This document shows positions 60,776 through 64,000 of a stretch of 64,000 bases of DNA, one piece after another. Source of the stretch: Obrimoposthia wandeli. Its lineage: Eukaryota. The position numbers were made by a program, and so were the translations under genes. How positions within the stretch are numbered: the first letter of the stretch is position 1; every line of letters begins with the position of its first letter. Under the pieces are notes generated by a model. That model was not told the DNA's origin, made no database searches, and saw only the letters and a program-made list of their open reading frames with translations. The stretch lies in contig CDROCS010002618.1 of NCBI GenBank assembly GCA_977020255.1, positions 1 to 64,000 on the forward strand, read 5' to 3'.

Positions 60776-61051
60776 TCACTCCTCTATGCAGAACGAACAC
60801 CAGCAGTCGCAGATGTTCTTCCAGCAGTGTACAATGGATATCACTGCTTGGAGGCTGTCCCGGTTGTAGACGTAGTGCACCGAGAAGGTTGCTCTGCACA
60901 TCGGGCAGTTTGGGTAGTCGAGGAGATTGTTGCTGTTGGTGATTGGAATCCACGTCTCGAGGCATTCGACGTGGAACTGGTGGTCGCAGTTGTTGGGTTG
61001 GGTGTAGAGGTCCACTATGTTCTCGTAGCATATTGAACATTCTCCAGACAT
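60776..61051 (-). CDS. RING-H2 paralogue B
   Basis: MSGECSICYENIV..CDHQFHVECLETW..CPMCR..HCWKNICDCWCSFC. Confidence 0.82.
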   Translation of the reverse strand: MSGECSICYENIVDLYTQPNNCDHQFHVECLETWIPITNSNNLLDYPNCPMCRATFSVHYVYNRDSLQAVISIVHCWKNICDCWCSFCIEE

Positions 61052-61111
61052 TGCTGTGAGAGGGGTGATGTTGAATTTGGGCTCGATTGAGGGCTGGTGG
61101 TTGTGTGATGT

Positions 61112-61411
61112 TTACACAAAAGTGGTCGAATTTTGTCGTTCTGATAAACAGAAATAACACCAACACTCTCTGAAATTCTTCCAACAGAATACCACCTGTA
61201 TATCTACATCCTCTTGGTTGGGTTCTATCATGATGAACTTTGTGAATTGTCTTCTGCATACAGGGCAACGAGGGTATGTTGGATGTACGAATTCTCCATA
61301 AGTTCTGATCCATTTTGATAAACATTCCTCGTGATGTAAGTGGTTGCAGGTTTCGGGTCTTGTTCTTCGTTCGGTTAAATCTTCCAAAAATATTGGACAT
61401 TCTTCGGACAT
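61112..61411 (-). CDS. RING-H2 paralogue A (second Cys mutated to Phe)
   Basis: MSEECPIFLED..CNHLHHEECLSKW..CPVC..CWKNFRECWCYFC. Confidence 0.75.
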   Translation of the reverse strand: MSEECPIFLEDLTERRTRPETCNHLHHEECLSKWIRTYGEFVHPTYPRCPVCRRQFTKFIMIEPNQEDVDIQVVFCWKNFRECWCYFCLSERQNSTTFV

Positions 61412-61529
61412 TCTAAATACATGATGACAATTAATTTCTACATGAGTTTTACATATTTCTACTTATTTGTACAATCGCTTCTACATATTTTTACACACTA
61501 ATTTATTCTACAACCTCCTCTGACTTGTC

Positions 61530-62990
61530 ATGTCTTGATGGGAGGCGGGGGTAAGGGTCGCAATTCCACTTTCTCCATCATGGGTGTGTTTCAGCATCGT
61601 AGCTCTTTGCATTTCCGTCGTATTATTGGGCATATCTGACTGCCTTTCACGCACACGACTGTCAATAGAACTGCTGTTGTTGACACTACTGCCATTCCAA
61701 TTAAAGCATTGACTGCTGTTATTCCACTGTCTGAGGATTGGTAATCGTATTTCATTTTGTTGTTTGTCGGTTTGAATGGCGTCTCCATTGATGTTGATCG
61801 GTTTCCGTGTATTATGTCCGATTTTCTAATAACTCGCGGATTTGGATATTTTGTTTTTGGTCTAACAGGTATTATTATTTGGGATTTGAGATGATATTTG
61901 GGATCTAGTGGAATCGTTCCCTTCACTCTTGTCCTCTCAATAATTGTGCTTTGATTTCTGGGCTCGAGCTCTTTTCCTTTCACCTCTGTCTTTGTTATGA
62001 TTACTTTTGGCTTCTCGGAATGGCGTTTACTTCCGTTTACCTTTGCCTTCTTTTTGACTATGATTGGTTTTACGGAATGGCGTTTACTTCCTTTCACCTT
62101 TTCCTTTTTTATGACTATGATTGGTTTTCCGGGAATTATTTTCCTGGGTTTGATACTTATACCGAGTCCACGAAATCGACGTGTCTGGTATCTTAGAGTT
62201 ATATAGAATATTTAATCTGTTATTACCATGATTATGGTAGTGGTCTCTTTAGCATTGCTGGGAATTCGGTTACATAGACATTCCGTATCAAAATGTGGTA
62301 CTAACATTTGGGGTTTAATTTCGAATTTGATTCCACCATCTGGATTAGGACACGACACTGTTTCTTTGTCAGTTTCTAACAATCTGAAGAATAATCTAAC
62401 GGAATTCCATACGGTTTTACGTCGTCTACCTGTGATCATAATCCTGTCGACAACTTTCCAGATGCGCTCGTCGTTAGGCAATATTAATGACTTTGTTCGG
62501 ATAATTTGAATAATTTGTTTCCTTTTTGATATGGTTATTCGTAGGTGTAATACCTTTCCATGGTAGAATAATATCAGTCGGTAGTAAAGTGTATGTTGGT
62601 CAATCTTTATTTTGATCTGGCGGATGACATACAATTTCTGATCGACATTTTCGGTTGCTGATGTTTGTAGGTGAATGTCTACTACGTGATTTGTTTTTAA
62701 TAGAGGAATTTCTATGTATAACGCACGTATCGTATCTTGTCTCCATTTACTGATCATGATCTCATAACCAGCCTCGGTCGTGGTGATTTGCATAATCAGC
62801 ATGATTCCTATGATCGTCCGGTTTCGAATTTCAGGAACTTCTCTGGGGTAACTCAAGTTACTCATGTAGTACGGTCTTTCCTCAATATGTTCATATATCG
62901 TTGGCTGATACTCTGGTGATGGTTCATTTAGGAATGCTGGTCTTGGTATAGTTGTGTTAAATTTTTGTAAATTCATTTGACCTGCTTGTC
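61530..62990 (-). pseudogene. Second full-length copy of the membrane protein gene, broken near 62212 and 61591
   Basis: ORFs 62212..63075 and 61591..62097 match 46159..47607. Confidence 0.78.
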
Positions 62991-63049
62991 TTGCGAGATC
63001 GTGACGTTTCTTTTTTGATCTCAACTCTATCTTATTTGGTTGTCTTTGT

Positions 63050-63572
63050 TTAGGAAATAAATAAATAAATAACACAAGTGTGAAGATCTATATTAAACAA
63101 AATACATTCAATCAGATACTCATAATTTAAAGATTTAACACCAAGTATCATTATCTTTCCGCTCGCAACAATGTTCACGCATAGGGGATTGTATTTGACG
63201 TATCGAGGCCCTGGAAGATTTCTGGCTCGTAAACAGCTTCCGATCCCATACTCTTACTCATCTTGTTCAGGTTTATTGATGTTTCTAGATTGCTGCTGAG
63301 ACTGATTGATTGGATTCTTTCGATTTTTATATCAAAAGGAAGACTGCTTTCATCCAGCACTGTTTTGCAACCCATTATTCTGCATGTACCTAAATTATAA
63401 TTATATATAAATGTAAAAATAAATTACCAAATTTGAAAATGATAATAGTGTAACCTTCACACTTGAGTCGATACTGATAAGGCTTCCAAGTCCGAAATGG
63501 TAAGTGTTGAATGTTACTTACAACCATTCCCTTGTAATTAATATTCACTAAATTGATATTGTGAAGTAGCAT
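63050..63572 (-). pseudogene. TBP: TBP-like gene copy 2 (intron 63390-63427; exon 1 intact; frameshift after YEPEIF)
   Basis: ORFs 63390..63572 and 63175..63375 splice as FKFG|TCRIMGCK. Confidence 0.82.
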
Positions 63573-64000
63573 TTCTGATTATTATAAACTTATTTCTTCT
63601 ATTTATACTATTTGAAAATCTATTTTTAGATTGCATGTCTTGGTTTAATTGCCTATGCTATGAAATCTAATATTTCTTACTCGTCTAATGATAATTGTCT
63701 TGCAATATGGACATGTAATAAAACAATCTGAACATTTAATACACGTGTTTAAGTGACCGCATGGTAAAAATGCCACGGAAATCGCATCGCTCATGCAAAC
63801 AACACATTCGAGATTTGGTAAGAGGTACTCGAGATAATTTATCCGATGTTTTGGTTCAGATTTTATTTCTAAATATCTTAAATCCGTTATAAACTCATAT
63901 AGTAGGTGGATGTGTCCGGTCTAATCCACACCCCCTCCCCCCTTGTCCTTTAAAACCGTGCATGTGTGTGGAGTGAAATTTTGTGTAGGTGTGTGGAGTG

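Noticed and set aside
60723-61400. 225-aa ORF overlapping RING-A and RING-B in another frame
   Set aside because: The RING frames carry the conserved Cys/His pattern; this frame is not preserved in the other copies, so an overprinted gene is unsupported.

Overview
AT-rich eukaryotic DNA, probably from a metazoan with very short (about 30-55 nt) introns; the taxon cannot be determined from sequence. Host content is one PIP5K exon (1.8-2.0 kb) and a multi-exon ankyrin-repeat/C-terminal RING gene (29.5-33.8 kb). The rest is a nest of decayed mobile elements: a BEL/Pao LTR retrotransposon whose Gag is preceded by two ubiquitin-like domains, L2/CR1-like and R2-like (RLE) LINE remnants, a likely Chapaev3-like remnant, minisatellites, and at least six fragments of a Maverick/Polinton-like element (protein-primed PolB with endonuclease VII finger, rve integrase, packaging ATPase remnant, small GGF core protein). 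The most unusual signal is the accessory module of this element, seen in three partial copies (24.9-29.0, 39.9-48.7 and 55.2-64.0 kb). It comprises an array of AGGTCA half-sites plus CRE/AP-1 motifs, a multi-SIM acidic protein, three tandem RING-H2 paralogues (one ending in a SIM), an IAP-type RING missed by the ORF track, a type-I membrane protein with an SH3-ligand tail, and spliced TBP-like genes (two divergent paralogues sharing a 38-nt intron position). By analogy it resembles the immediate-early toolkit of large nuclear DNA viruses. No capsid or protease gene was recognised, most copies carry lesions, and two duplications plus N-gaps mean some repetition could be an assembly artefact. 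All family assignments are by motif recognition, not database search.
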